Source: Oculina patagonica
Taxonomy: Eukaryota
Assembly: GCF_052425735.1 (NCBI RefSeq)
Contig: NC_135763.1
Span: forward strand, 25,916,001 to 25,980,000
DNA: 64,000 nucleotides
Reading direction: 5' to 3'
The notes below the pieces were generated by a model. It was given only the letters and a program-made list of their open reading frames with translations. It was not told the DNA's origin and did no database searches. Below, piece by piece: positions 25,089-38,963 of the stretch; within the stretch, counting starts at the first letter, position 1, and every line of letters begins with the position of its first letter. Made by a program: the position numbers and the translations under genes.

Positions 25089-26114
25089 CTTATTGTTGAC
25101 CCGATTTCCAAAAATGAAAATAACAACCAACAAAGTAGATATACAAAAGCTCCAGTAGACATAACACAAAACCACGATGGTGTCTGCTTCATTTGACCTC
25201 TTGATGAGCTGATAAAAGTTGACGCACATTAGTGGTATGTCCAACGAAATAATCACAAATAGGAGAAGCGAAAATACAGCATTGGCCAGCTCTACAATCT
25301 CGCATAGCTTCAGGTGTTCCTGCCGCAAGTAGGCGATGGTAAAAGGGTAGATTGATTCATTGGATATTTTATTTTGCAGAGTGGCAAACATCTTTTCCAG
25401 GAGCATGCAAGTGACGCAGAAGATCAGAGGTGGTAAAGTCCAAGCAAAGGAATCGAGGACTCCAAACGCTATTTCAGTCACTCGAACCGTTACGTACATG
25501 CCTTGGGTTTGATTCCATGGTGGAAAAATAGAGATAACGCCGTTGAAACGAACACTAAGAAGGATGATAACGATGGAATTGATCACTGCTGCTAAGCAAG
25601 CTACAGCCAAACCTTTCACTGCTTTCTTCCTCATCCCGTCAAGCTCGGGTGCTTTCGTTGCAAAGCTGGAAAGAAATTGGGCAAATCTCGATCGCCTTTC
25701 GTTCATGAGTGGCAAAACAAACAAGCAAACGGTTGTGCTACTTGCATTCTGAACATACCAAGCGGTGTTAACCAATAAGAAAGAAAAAGAACTCATGGAC
25801 GAGAAACCTATGTAAAGGTGACTTGTGACACCTATTACCACCATTAGCCATTGGCCCACAACGACAAGCGCGCTGAAGAAGCGCGAAACGTACATTGTCC
25901 TCCGACCACTGCAATCACCCAGTGCGGTTTCGCCGAAATATTGCCCCGTCAACTTCATAGCGAACAAAATCGGACGGAAGATCTCTGCAAGCTGCCTTAG
26001 ACGCTTTGATCTCATTTCCACTTCTCTCGTATATTCTTCGTTGTGAGCAGTATTTTCAGTCTCATTTGCATCTCTTTTTCTCATTTCCAGCACATGTATC
26101 GTTCGAGGAATCAT
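25089..26114 (-). CDS. Gustatory receptor-like gene B, large first exon
   Basis: 342 codons, clear paralogue of 2087-3106. Phase-0 donor AAG|GTAAGT at 25083-88. Confidence 0.85.
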
Positions 26115-27690
26115 CGTGGTTTCATTTTTATTTTAGGTAGGCCAAACTTTTATTCGTAAACACCGTCCGCTTGATCGGCGGGTCTCTTCAGTATTTGGTT
26201 TTAACGAGGGTTCAATGTAGGCAGGTGTTACTTGCAAACGCTATTTAAAATTAACAGAGGAGTGAAGTTTATAACATAAACTTGATTACATTATTTGTAC
26301 AGCAAAGACTTCGTTGACATTTCCTGTTGTTATTGATGTGGCAGCTAGAGAACTGTTGGTTTGCGGAACTCTTTTGTTTACCTGGGTCGCACACGTTTGT
26401 AAAAAGTTATCCTTTCTTATAACCATTACAACAAGTCGACATTAGGCACGGCGATTGTACCGGTTTGTTTTATTGAGAGACTCATAAAAATGAAAAAAAA
26501 AAAGTTATTTTTAATTGACAAGAACGACTGGTTGACGATTTGGATTGGCCGTTCACTTAGTGAAGTCTCCATCCAAATTGACGCAAGAACTGCTGATATT
26601 AATTTTAGCGATTGCCAATTTGGTTGGGGGTTATTGTTTTCAGTCATATCATATTCCGTTCATACCTCCCTCTGCTTATTTTTTTGGTAATGAATTTTTT
26701 CTTTATTTTTACAATAATCTAGTGTTTGAACCTTTCTTATGTAAATACAAAAGCTAAAATTTAAACAGTATTCTAAAAATCTTATTAACATTTATTTGTT
26801 TAACTTTTGTCAACTAGAATGAACAAGTTTTATTTCATACATTGCAATTTAAATTGCTTTCTTTTGTACAGGGAAGATTAACTGATGCATCACACTGTTT
26901 TTATTTTTTTTATTTTCACTTCACATTGCTATTTTTATACTTTCTCCCCGATCTTTGTTATATTGTTTTTTACAAAATTAAATTGATGAATAATAATATA
27001 CAAGTACAAAATATGAGTTTAAAACTTTAGCCATTAGCTTTAGCCATTAAACATACATGTAGACTATATTTCTTCAGTACTTGTCAGCACTGTTATGATA
27101 GTCACATTTCAAGCACAATTTATAATAGAATTTATAATAACAAAACGGCAATATAATTGTAGCTTTAACGCGTTTACTCTGATATGTGTTTTAATTCGAG
27201 CTTTTGCAAGTTTGAAAGGATTTGGCAGAAAGCAAACCTTTATTTGTCTTCACTTAGTTCCAAATTTAGTTGCAGTAATTGTATTGTTTCGATTCTCCAA
27301 CGTCTCTGGCCTGTTACAAAAAGATCGGAAACCTCTTATCTGTTCTTGATTCCTATAAGTTTGTTTAGAAAATTTTAATTTATTTCAAGTGGGCCTTTTC
27401 AAAAAGTTACAATGTAATCTACAGTTCCAAAACACAGTTCATAAGACATACAGCAGTTAATGTACGACTGCTTTAATAACTTCATCAAGCGTTACTGCAA
27501 ACGATTCATTTTCATGGCCGGGGGAGTTCCTTTCCAAAATTTGACAAGCGCTGTTCCACCGAATCGCAGTTGGGTTACAAGGATGCACGAGGTACCTCGC
27601 TGGCTGGTCTTTGGGCAAATCGTGCTAACAATTAATTTAATAGGCAGCTTACTCGTAAAAAAACCACCGTTTTAATGATTGGTTTTATAG

Positions 27691-28734
27691 TCAGGTGGAC
27701 GTATCGGCTTTTTTGTGTTTGATGTTTTGTCCTTGCTCCTGTTGAACGTCCCAAGCGTTCACTGAGGAACAGCTACAACAAGGCCACATCCTGTAATATT
27801 CCAACCTGAATGTCCTGTTGAGCACTCCGTATATGACTGGGTTGATTGCAGAACTGATTGACACCAAGAAGACATTAAGAAGATACACTCTTCTGGGTAA
27901 AGAGTAGTTTCCTGTGGCGGCGTCTGTGAACTCGATGACAAACACAGGGACCCAGCAAAGCGTAAAACCCAACACCATGGCGAATAGAGTCTTGGTGATG
28001 TTTACTTCTTCAACACTCAACCTTGAACTATGAGCACTTATCGAGTCGATTGATGAAAACCGTTGTCGATGCTTCTTCACTTTCAGAAACACTTTCGTGT
28101 AGCAAAATGTTATGACAGCAAATGGAATTACGACTATTACCAACCCCAACAGGCCAGTGTATACCTTGTCGGTGGTCTGATGATGGAATTCTAGGACGCA
28201 CGTGATCTTCCCAGGATGGAACTGGAAATAAGCCCAACCTGTCACCAGTGGTAAGCCGAGGAAGAAGGCAGCGGAGAAAACAACAGCCAACAGCGAGAAC
28301 ACGACGAACTTCCTTGTGAAGATTTTGCGGAATAGCCAAGGTTTAACCACGCGGCAATATCGGTTGAAAGCCAGTAAAGCGATCGTTTGCAAAGAAACAA
28401 AGGCCAAAAAGAGAACTGCAAAGCCATGAACTCCACACACTCTCTCTGAATATCTCCATTGGCCCACGAGCAGTACGCCCCAAACCAGCGGCATGCAAAA
28501 TGTTGCCATAGCGACGTCAGAAATGGCCAGTGCAAGAATGTATTGAAAGGTGACGCCTTGAAAACGTGGATTCTTGTAAAAAATCAAGCAGACAAGGATA
28601 TTACCAAGCAGGGCCATTAAATTGATTAAAATGAAGAGCGTCGTCTCTATAATGTAGTCAGCGGTACTCCTGGAAGACATTATCGCTACTAGATGATCAT
28701 AGGGACTTTCTTCAAAGGTGCTATTTGACGCCAT
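27691..28734 (-). CDS. Class A GPCR, melatonin-receptor-like cnidarian type
   Basis: 347 aa with seven TMs. GN, LAISD, NRY (in place of DRY), CWVP and NPVIY motifs. Intronless CDS. Confidence 0.92.
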   Translation of the reverse strand: MASNSTFEESPYDHLVAIMSSRSTADYIIETTLFILINLMALLGNILVCLIFYKNPRFQGVTFQYILALAISDVAMATFCMPLVWGVLLVGQWRYSERVCGVHGFAVLFLAFVSLQTIALLAFNRYCRVVKPWLFRKIFTRKFVVFSLLAVVFSAAFFLGLPLVTGWAYFQFHPGKITCVLEFHHQTTDKVYTGLLGLVIVVIPFAVITFCYTKVFLKVKKHRQRFSSIDSISAHSSRLSVEEVNITKTLFAMVLGFTLCWVPVFVIEFTDAATGNYSLPRRVYLLNVFLVSISSAINPVIYGVLNRTFRLEYYRMWPCCSCSSVNAWDVQQEQGQNIKHKKADTST

Positions 28735-30934
28735 TGTTTGCTCCTTTCTGATTTGGCAGTTCTGTTGAGAACAGACATAAATTCCATGTTATTGCTATAA
28801 TTTCCGGAAGAGAATAAATGAATTGGACATTCTTATTGATCGAAAAGCTCGGCTTATGCTGCGATTTCGTCACGTGATGCAACCGACACTAGCCTGAACG
28901 AGTTTGAACTGAGGAAGATCAGATCTCCCCTATGTGATTTTCCTCAGTATGTGATCTTTGCGATTAAAGTTTGCAAGTTAAGCTTTCATATCGAATCTTG
29001 AGCCTCGTAACGCAATTCTCCATCCTCGAAAATATCGAGGATCGAGTTTTGAGTCCAGACTGTCAACTTACTTTTGATCGGCACTGTAACTGCAGAGGGG
29101 ACCGACAAATTTCAGATGTCCAAAAGAAAAGGTGCACGATATAAATATAAGGTCCTTTGCAGGCAATCGTCATGCAAGTGCGATTTAAAACAACACACGT
29201 GTACGTATACTATTTATCTCTGTAAAAAGTTGTTTCGTAATCTGTTATTTTATACATAATTCATCAGATACGTTTCAAATTAAAAAAAAAAAAACGAATA
29301 AAAAATGAGTGGTTGAAAAAGATATTCAGAATTTTCTCTCTTAGGCTTATGTTCTTAAGACTAAGATCTCGATTCATCCCCTGTTAAGAACGGGATGCTG
29401 CATTTTAATGACCCGTCGTTAATTTATTTTTTCTAATAATATGGAAATAAAAAAGCATTATGTTGTAGTACTTCCTCAAAAGTTTTATTTATATAAGAAG
29501 CATCGCCTTATGTACATCCTAGTAAATTTCGTGAAGTTAAAAGCTAAAATGCTTTGAGGTTTGCGCTTTATATATAGCAAAATAAATAAAAGGTTTGTTC
29601 AAACTTCCATTTACATCAAACTGACAGCCCGCGTTCAAACATCTTTTATCCGCCTAGTACAAACCTTTTTATGAAGTTTGCAATGACCATTATTCTGTCT
29701 ATAAATAAATAAATTCTACGTAAAATAATCCAGCTACTTTTCGTGAAACAAGATGCAAAGATGTGTACCAGTACTAAATAGGATTTTATATTTATGTTTT
29801 GAATAAACTTTCTGTTTGCTGTTTGCATCGGGTCGCCACATGTAAGTCTGACATTACGAAATCTAAGCAGCGCGTGGGGCGTTATTAAATCGATCTAGAA
29901 GATACGGTGAAAAAGGTTAAACAAGAAAAAAAGGAACATCATGGCCCCATGCACGATTAAAGGAAGTCTCCCACGTTAACGGTAGTCTCTGTATTTTACA
30001 GTGGTATGAAATCGTTGTATAATTGATCCTGTGGTCCAGTAGTTTCTAAAGATCGAGATGATCACATCAACTTTAAATGTAGCTTTTCAGATTTTATAAT
30101 TTGTAGCAGATCTGTAACAATTTTTTTGATAAATTAATAGATATGTAAAATATATATTGAAATTGAATTTGGAAATTAATTTTTAAAAAAATCTGAAATT
30201 TTAACGAGAAATACGGGCCATAAATATTTCCCCCAAAAATAACCGGGACATGGTTGTCAAAGTCTTTAAATATTCATAAAATTTTGGTTTTAGACGGTAG
30301 GCTTTTAAATATATCTTGTGATCAACAAACATAACTTTTGGTCTTTTGATTTTCCACCAAAATCTACATGTACTGTCTGTATGGACGAAACTAAACGAAT
30401 CTAAAAACACAATCAATGATTATTTTCTAAAGCTCCCTCTAATTTCACTGCCATGCCGGCTTTGCTTTTACATATACGTGAAAATTTTGGTTCGGTGCAA
30501 ACCATACTTCAGCCATTATTAAACGTACCTCAATCAAGCAACTTGCTATATCCTCGGACGATTTCTTCAGGCCGCGAACTGTGAAATACGCGCAGACCGA
30601 ACAATGGGAAGATATATGCTATATTTCTAGCCACACTGTCAGGCTGCAAATTATTTTGATTCAATCTTCGTTATTGGAGGAAGCAAACACAAAATGAAAT
30701 CGTTTAATTACTTTTTGCCTCATTTGCATTCAAACAACTTCTGCTAAAAGACAGCTGTCCCGCAGCCAAAGCGATCTTTGACAATAGAAAGCAGTCTCGA
30801 TTGGGTTAAACACTACGTCAAATGTTCTATTTTTATTCACTTATTTTTTATTTCTTCGCGTTTTTTTTTTTTTCTTCAAGCAAAAATCGAGGACACTTAT
30901 TACCAACTGTACAAGTATCATGCAGCGTCAAGCT

Positions 30935-31335
30935 ATAAGGGGTCGTTTTTTAACTGTCAAAGGATGCATAATTTCCGGACACAATTAAACAACAGAAATT
31001 TATCATTCAACGCACGAGTTCCATCTCCACCCACTCCCATTAACTTCCTCACAGAAAAGTAATATTGAAATGGAAGAGCGTCAGGTGATTATTTTCTTCC
31101 TTGCTCGCGAAACATTTGAAAAGTAAAAGAATGAAAAAGGTTCCAAACAAAAACTTTTCAAAATTAAGATTGAATTGATTTTTTAGTGACAAAATCCTAA
31201 AGACGTCAAGTCAAGAAAAAGGAATTTATTTTACCTGACGCAATATTGAAAGTGACTAATCCCTGTAATAGTTTGCCACTTATCATCTTCATTAGATGAA
31301 AGACAGTGACTTGTCTATTATTAGTCCTTGATGGT
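30935..31335 (+). repeat. Interspersed repeat, inverted copy at ~63585-64000
   Basis: taaggggtcgttttttaac.gtcaaaggatgcat... is collinear over ~400 bp with the reverse complement of the window end. Confidence 0.8.
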
Positions 31336-32194
31336 TCTCTAGATGAAAAACGCACTTTTATATATTTTAGAAATACTTGATGTCATAAGTTTTCATTAGC
31401 TCTGTGACGCTCTTAGAAAGGCCGAGCCAGCTGCTAGAGATGTTTAGACAAAAGGAATACCACTTTTGCTACTGACACTTCTTAATATGTATTATATTAA
31501 AGTTCAGAAAAAATTGGAACTTGGTTTACCTTCAAACTAAACTATAAACAGTTAAGATTACTTAATAATTGGGACCTCTCTCAGTGATGTTTTAGGTAGC
31601 AAATGATCGATGATTTTTTGGTCTGCCGATGATTATCATCAGCTTAACGACACACATAAAAAAGAGATCTGAAACGGCTGATCACGGTGAAAAGAGATTT
31701 TACAAAATTTTACTACGTTTATTTCTAGCACGTTTTGGTGTTACAAAACTTAAACACTGTAATATTTATGCTTAACCAAGCTTTTCTTGTCAGATGGAAA
31801 ACAAAACGACTTGGTGAATAATTATACTTCATGGCACCTTCACGTTCTAAATACAGTCTTAATCACCTGCCTTTATACTGCAGCTCCAAATGATTCTCAA
31901 AATAAAAGGAGTACCACAAATTATCAGACACTACTATTCATACTATTCAATTCATTTTACGTTTAAGGTAAGCGTTGCATTAGTATGAAACAACTGATTA
32001 GATGATTGCAAAGTTTGTAAAGGATTTCTCTGGTTAATAAGAAATGTATATTCGTTTTTTCCTTGGCTGGCAATTACCATAACCATTATGATGTTGACAG
32101 AAAGGCCGGAACAGCTTTACGTGATGGGTTAATTAATAAACATCAGTTCTTTGTCTCCCTTTGAAGAATAGGTCCAGAAATTGTACTCAACCAA

Positions 32195-32510
32195 GGATTT
32201 CTACTCTTGGGTAGGGGCAGGATTGGCGGCAACAGATCAGAGAGAATATCATATATGCTCTCTCAGCTGCCGCAAATCCTGCTCCTACCCAACAGTAAAA
32301 ATCCATCGCCTTTCGGTCGTACTCCACTGTCCTGCTTCATATTTTCTCCAGGTCTTCCTCTCTTACGTTTCCGTCTGGTGCCCAGGCCAGGGCAACTCGA
32401 TCGTGGGAGGCAGTTATAGTCGATGCGCAGAACGTCCGCTAGATATGTTCAGCTCCCGTCCGCAGATAGTCTCGGTGTTGGCTCTGCTACGCACTTCTTT
32501 ATCTAAGCAT
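32195..32510 (-). mobile_element. Decayed RTE-like LINE 3' fragment with fold-back duplication
   Basis: Minus strand reads KEVRSRAN..RKRKRGRP..RTVE. Segment 32195-32243 is an inverted copy of 32258-32305. Confidence 0.55.
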
Positions 32511-32570
32511 TAGCCAGCAAAATTTTATTACCATTTTCGAGCAACCGTGAAAAAGCCGGTGTTTTTCCGT

Positions 32571-32571
<1 letters not shown>

Positions 32572-32605
<34 letters not shown>
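32572..32605. repeat. (GT)n microsatellite
   Basis: About 17 GT units. Confidence 0.95.
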
Positions 32606-32608
<3 letters not shown>

Positions 32609-34210
32609 TTTCACGAGTAAATCTTTCAACTTGTCTAGACAAACCGTCGCGTCTACAACGGAGGCAATACATTTGAGGCGTGAACATGTCATGTTTTACA
32701 GCTCCGCCTGTGTGTTTCTGAACATGAAACGAGGGTTTTGAAAAGTTTCAAGTCGACTTTTTATAATTCTTCGATGAATGTCGGCACAAAGAGCGACTAT
32801 ACATTTCTGGTGAATGCTGGGATAGCGATCGTCAATGTCTTATTTTTAGTTATTAATTATTTTTTGAGGAGAGAGAAGGGTTGAGTTTACTTGTAAAATG
32901 CGACAGTTTGCCTAGAGAAACTTAAATGTTTTACACGTGAGAAAACGGGAAAAAAGTTAGCTGTTCACGGTAGATCGAAGATAGCAGCTGAATGGCATCT
33001 AGTTTGGCCTTATTACTCTTTGTTATCCTCCATGATTAAAATCCATGAAACAGCACAGCTAAAATAAACATTCACTTCAAGATTATTTCCTCAGCAGATC
33101 AAAATATATCATTGTTTATTGGCGTTTAAATAAAGAGGTTGTGATGTGTTCATGAATGGTCATTTTTTGCTTCTTTCAAATAAGAAGATGCCATATGACG
33201 CGTTTGGTCGATGTCTAGTGTGATTTATTAGTAAGCTTTAAAACTTCTAGTCTTATATAAGTACACGGATGTTGTTGCCAACCCTGTTAAGTTCAGGTGT
33301 CTGACGTTTTGCATTCAGAATCGGTTATCAAGGCTTATTGTCAGGTTCCTATTATTGACACGATCAAACAAAAGCGACGTTGGATATTAAAAATATTTGA
33401 ATGTTAATCCACGGCTGTAAGTATACACTTTCTTGCTGTATCCCGGGACAAGATAAGGAACTAACAATATCGAATTCATTTTAAATTTTTTGCCGTATTT
33501 TTACTTCCTCGCTGACTGCTGAATCAAACTACGAACGTGTTAAACAGCACACCATGGTCGATTCAAAGTGCAAGGTTTTCTAAACACAATCCTTTGATGC
33601 CTTGTTTGACACGATGGAATGGCTCCCAAGAGCCTTAAGGCATAGGAATTTTAAGTGAAGGGCCGACTAAAATCGCTTATGATCAGCTTTGAAAGGGGTG
33701 GAGCTTCCAACACAAAAGGCTCTGCAAACAAAAAAATCTATAATATTGAGATCGGGATCGCGATTCACCGATAAATCTCAAGAAGGCAGGGTTTGCTGCT
33801 GATAACATTTTTGTATGCTCTGTTCTAAAAACCCGTAGAAACAGTGCTGATCCGAAAACAAACGAAATAAAACGACTTTACATTTCAAAAGCAAACTTTT
33901 ATGTTACCGCTTTACATTGAGCTTTCTAATCAAACTGAATGTCTTCCAGGAATAAGTCCTAATTTTAGTTTGGACGCTTCTTAGAGGAATAAAAATGGTG
34001 CATCAATAGTATTGCTTAAGTAATAGACTAATGAATCCTCCTCTCTTAGGTCTATTTGTACCTCAGTGAATTATATAAATCTTGAAATAACCCTTATTTT
34101 GATGAGCCCTTTGAATTCCTCGTTATTGTTTTTTTTTTTTTTTCATTACCCTGACAAATACACTATATATTCATTATAGTTTCTTATGATAGATTCTATC
34201 GTTAAACGAT

Positions 34211-35259
34211 CTACATTTCGTCTTGAATGTTTTCCAACACCCTCGACATGTTGAGCAGTGTTCCTTTTATGTCTTGCATACCGGTCAACAACTCACTTTT
34301 CTCGGTGTCGTAGTATCGGTCAAGGACATTCAAAGACCAAGGAATATTTTCCTTTCGCAACTCACTTGCAAAAAACCGAGCGAAGTTGATCACCTCCGTT
34401 TCGTTCAGTCCACCGTTCTTGTTGTCTGTCGGCTCCATGCTCCAAGGTAAGTCAGGATATTGCTGCTCTTGGTAAAGTCGGTTGCGTGTTTGATCGCTTC
34501 CCTGACATTGCTCCGACCGTTTTCGTGATCAGAAGTACCGTCTCCGCTCCAGTACTTCTGTCCTCCAATCTTCTTGTTTGGTCCTGAGGCATAAATGTGC
34601 CACTCAGCCATCATAAATGAATCGTTTCGATAGATGTCTTGATCGATTTCGTCGAGATCATTTGCTGTTTTTCCCGGTGATCCAAGAATGAGGATGCGAT
34701 TTGCGTTTTTCCCACCCGTAGCGCAAATCGCGGCAACCACCTCGGATGTCCAAAGATTGTATTTATCTGGCCTCATACGAAGACTTTCTCCTCCGCACTC
34801 ATCTAGCGCAAGCTCAGTAAACAGGTTGAAGCTCAGTCTGTAGTCTTTGTCCTTCAGTTGCGTTGCCACGGCTTTCCACCAATATATGTAATTTCGTCGG
34901 TCTTCATCAGTCGCGTATGCTTCAGCGTGATGGTGGATCCAAGAAATTATCGGCGTGACTCCAACTTCAAGACATTTATCGACTACGGTCGTCAAACTGG
35001 TGAGAAACTGGTGAATTGAGAGTTGTTGTATGGGGCCGAATACAGATCTGCCCTCGACCGGAGCCTCACGTTTCGAAAGCTGTTGGAGAAGATGTCTATG
35101 TTCTTGCCATTGTATTTTGACATACAACGGGTCCGCTGTCTTGAACCAGTTTGTTGAAAAACCATGTACGATCACCTCTCGATAATCTGCTGGGCTTATT
35201 GGCAGGGATGCATTTATGGCAGAAATAAAGCTAAAGACTGCAAGGAATGGGAGAATCAT
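34211..35259 (-). pseudogene. GH5-fold glycoside hydrolase-like gene, copy 1 (diverged, frameshifted)
   Basis: Paralogue of copies 2-4. Compensating frameshifts at ~35000-35120 and a frameshift near 34435. Confidence 0.85.
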
Positions 35260-35832
35260 TTTCCGAGATTAAAGAGGGTCTTTGGTGCAGTTTCTTATAA
35301 GGCGTTGTAAAAGGAGAGAGATATTTGATTGGATGGAAGAAGAGTGCTATTATCATAATATAATAACAATCTTTTGAACTCAATCCTTGGAATTTTCCAT
35401 TTTGATGGCGGGTGGTCTGTACTGCAATACAACACAAGCATTAAAGTAAACGAGCTTTGACACGTTTTGAGTCTGATTCTTGAGTCCTTTGATGATAAGA
35501 ATTTCAAAAAGTAAAAAGCCAAGATTAATTTTACTTTCAAGCTGTGATGCAGATGTTGACAATTATAGCAAGATAATCAGTATCACACGTGAATTTGACA
35601 TGCTGCATATGGCCTTGCGACTTGTACGGACTGGATGGAAATCAATTGACTTCGCGATATACTAGCAAGATTTTTCGTTACAACACCTCAAACACTGCAA
35701 TATTTCTGTCGTTTGTGATTGAAAGTTATTTTAAAATATATGCTTAGACCGAGATGCTCTCATAAGTTGGAAAACAAAACGGCTCGGCAATAACAAATAC
35801 TTGATGGCTCTTTTAGGTTCTAAATAAAGTCT

Positions 35833-35836
<4 letters not shown>

Positions 35837-35866
<30 letters not shown>
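35837..35866. repeat. (TA)n microsatellite
   Basis: About 15 TA units. Confidence 0.95.
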
Positions 35867-35869
<3 letters not shown>

Positions 35870-35921
35870 GCCCAATCAGCTTCCAAGAGCTGCGAGCGAT
35901 TTTCAAAATAAAATATGTGAC

Positions 35922-36165
35922 GAGGAGTGTGGCCGAGTGGTTTAGGGCGCTGGTGTTGTAATCCGGTGGTCCCCGGTTCAAGACTAGCTGGATTTGTTTC
36001 TCAGTTGTCCCGAGTTGAAATCCTCGGACACGCTTTGGTAGTTGGGATTTTTAACCATGTTATGTTCATTTAAAATATTCGTTTCCTCTGTTTCAGTGGC
36101 ATGCCTGCAAACTAGCTATCTCGAAGCTAAGTACATAGCACTATAAACAAGATTTACATTTTTTT
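35922..36165 (+). mobile_element. tRNA-derived SINE
   Basis: A-box TGGCCGAGTGG and B-box GGTTCAAGACT. Body shared with 5447-5700; tttaca-T tail. Confidence 0.8.
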
Positions 36166-38963
36166 ACGAAGTTTCTTATATCAAACGCTACTACTCGTGC
36201 GAAGTCAATTTATTTGAAGTTTAACCTAAGCCTTGTAGCATTTAGAAAAAAAAATGATCGGGTGACTGTAGCAACCTGATTTTTATTTGAGATAAGATGT
36301 GTTGCTTTTGTCTTGTAACGATTATTTTTGGGCAAAAAAGGAATATGTCACCGAGCATATGTCCCCGATGTCACAACCCGAGATGGTTAAAAATAACCGG
36401 TTTATTTTTTACTCCGGCGAGGTATTATTTAAGGCGTAAGACAATGCTTTTCTTCGTTGTTTTGATGTAGGAACGCTGAAGAAAAAGGATTACTAAACAA
36501 TAGGAAAAAGAGATTCCGAAAAAACACATCGGGGCTTAAACTGGTTATTCCTTTCGTTTTTGGTACTCCGAATAAAACAATCAATATGGGGGCAAAGCAA
36601 GCTTTACAATAGATTAAAGATTCCGAAAGTATGCATTGGGATTTTGTAATATTGTTTTATGGTACCGACAACTTTGCAACAACCCTTTTTACAACTTTAC
36701 TGCAAAGTTGGCTGAAATAAGTGAAGCCGAGGAAGAACATTTAAATAATTCGATAAATCCAGGCAACGCAATGACTTAAATAAATTGCTTTCCTCTATGA
36801 ATCTGAAACAAGATTGCGTAAACGCTCAGTCTAGCATTGGAGAAGTCTCAATCGGCAGCGTTGAAAAAGGGACTGAAACAAATGAAAAAAAGAAATAGTC
36901 CAAAAGCGATATCATCGTCGCAGATGGCTTATATCTGTCACATGTTGTTTTTTCTTCGATTTAATTGGCTGAGACAAAACTGTCCAATTTTTCTTAAATT
37001 GGACAGTATGTGCATTTTACCTGAAAGTCCTAATTGAAACTATCCAAATTTAATCCCAAATTGGACAGTCCTCAGAAATTAAGGAAAAATTGCTGCGCTG
37101 ACAATATAGGATTTACTGACAGCTATATAATTAAAGTTCTAATTTCGCGGTCCGCATGGAGTTGTTGCCGTAAACTCGTAGTTTCATCGCTGAGTCTTTT
37201 CTTTCTTTTTTTTTGTTACAATCAAAAGATAATAATAAACGAGATCGAAAATTGTTTACATCTATTACTCGTTAGAGTAACTACCAGTTTTTGCAGTTTT
37301 TCCGTTAATCGTGAGACAATTTTGTAGTAACAGCTAAAACCAGGACGTGCAACGGCTAAACGACGTGCAATGGCCTTCCTTGATATCATTTGTTAGTCGA
37401 GATAAATACAAAACTTGGAAAATAGCACTCATATAAGTACTATAAATTTCTAAAAAAAAAATGTGAAAGAACTGAGGTGCCAATGATAAGTGGCAGCTCC
37501 CCACTATCCAAACGAAGATGGGTGAGGTACAACTCGACTAAACAAATAATTCTGGCACGATCTATTCGGATTCTTGAAGGTATCAAGTTTGGCCTTATTA
37601 CTCTTTGTTATCCTCCATGATAAAAAAAAAAACATACAACAACACAGCTAAAATAAACATTCATTTTAAGTTTATTGCCTCGGCAGATCGAAAGATATAA
37701 ACTGTTTATTGGCGTTTAGATAAAGAGACACTGAAGTTTTCATAAATGGTGACTTTTTTTCTTTCAAATAGGAAGATAACAAATGACGAGTTTGTCGATG
37801 TCTAGTGTAATTTAATTGTTAGTTAGCTTTTAAAATTTTAGTCTTATACAAGTACACTGATGTTGTTGTTCAGGTGTCTGACGTTTTACATTCAGAATTG
37901 GTTATCAAGGCTCATTGTCAAGTTCCTATCGTTGGTACGTCATTATTGGACACGTTCAAACAAAAGCGGCGTTGGATATTAAAAAAATATTGGAATGCTT
38001 ATCCACTGTTGTCAGTAAAGCCTCGCTTGTTGTATTCCGGAACAAGATAATTAACTAACAATATCGAATTAATTTAAAAATTCTTGCCATATTTTTACTT
38101 CCTCGGTGACTGCTGAACTACGTACGTGTAAAGCAGTACACAATATGATTGATTCAACGTGTAAGGTTGTTTAAACACAAGCCATTGATGTCTTACATGA
38201 CACGATTGTTTTATTCCAGTAATGGGTATTGCTAAGCAAAAAAAGGCACAATTATATTAAACAGGTTGAAAAGAATTGTATTGGCTGGAATAATTTATTG
38301 CAATTTTGAATTTGCGTCGCGAATATTATATTTAAATAATCACGTTTATCCTATGCAGTACAGATGGAATTGCTCCCAAAAGCCTTGAGGCATAGAATAT
38401 TCAATTGAAGGGCTGATTGAAATCGCTCATGATCAGCTTTGAAAGGGGTCGAGCTTCCAACCCAAAATGCTCTTCGAACAGAAATCTATAATATTGAGAT
38501 CGGGATCGCGGTTCATCGATAAATCTCAAGAAGGCGGGGTTTGCTGCTGATAACATTTTTGTATGCTCTGTTCTGACAGCTGTGGTATGGCGGTTGCTTT
38601 TATAAAATCCGTAGAAACAGTGCTGATCCGAAAACAAACGAAGTAAAACATTTCAAAAGCAAACTTTAATGTTACCGCTTTACATTGAACTTTCTAATCA
38701 AACTGAATGTCTTCCAGGAATAAGTCCTTATTGTAGTCAGGACGCTTCTTAGAGAAATAAAAAGCGTACATCAATGGTATTGCTTCAGTGATAGACTAAT
38801 TTATACTCCCCTTTTAAGTCTAGTAGTACCTCTGTGAATCACATAAATCTTGAAATAACCCTGATTTTGATTAGCCTTCTGAATTCCTCTTTTTATCATT
38901 ACCCTGACGAATACACGATATGTTCATTATAGTTCCTTATGCTACATTCTATCGTTACATGAT

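Noticed and set aside
35922-35995. tRNA gene
   Set aside because: No complete cloverleaf, and it continues into a SINE body seen twice in the window.
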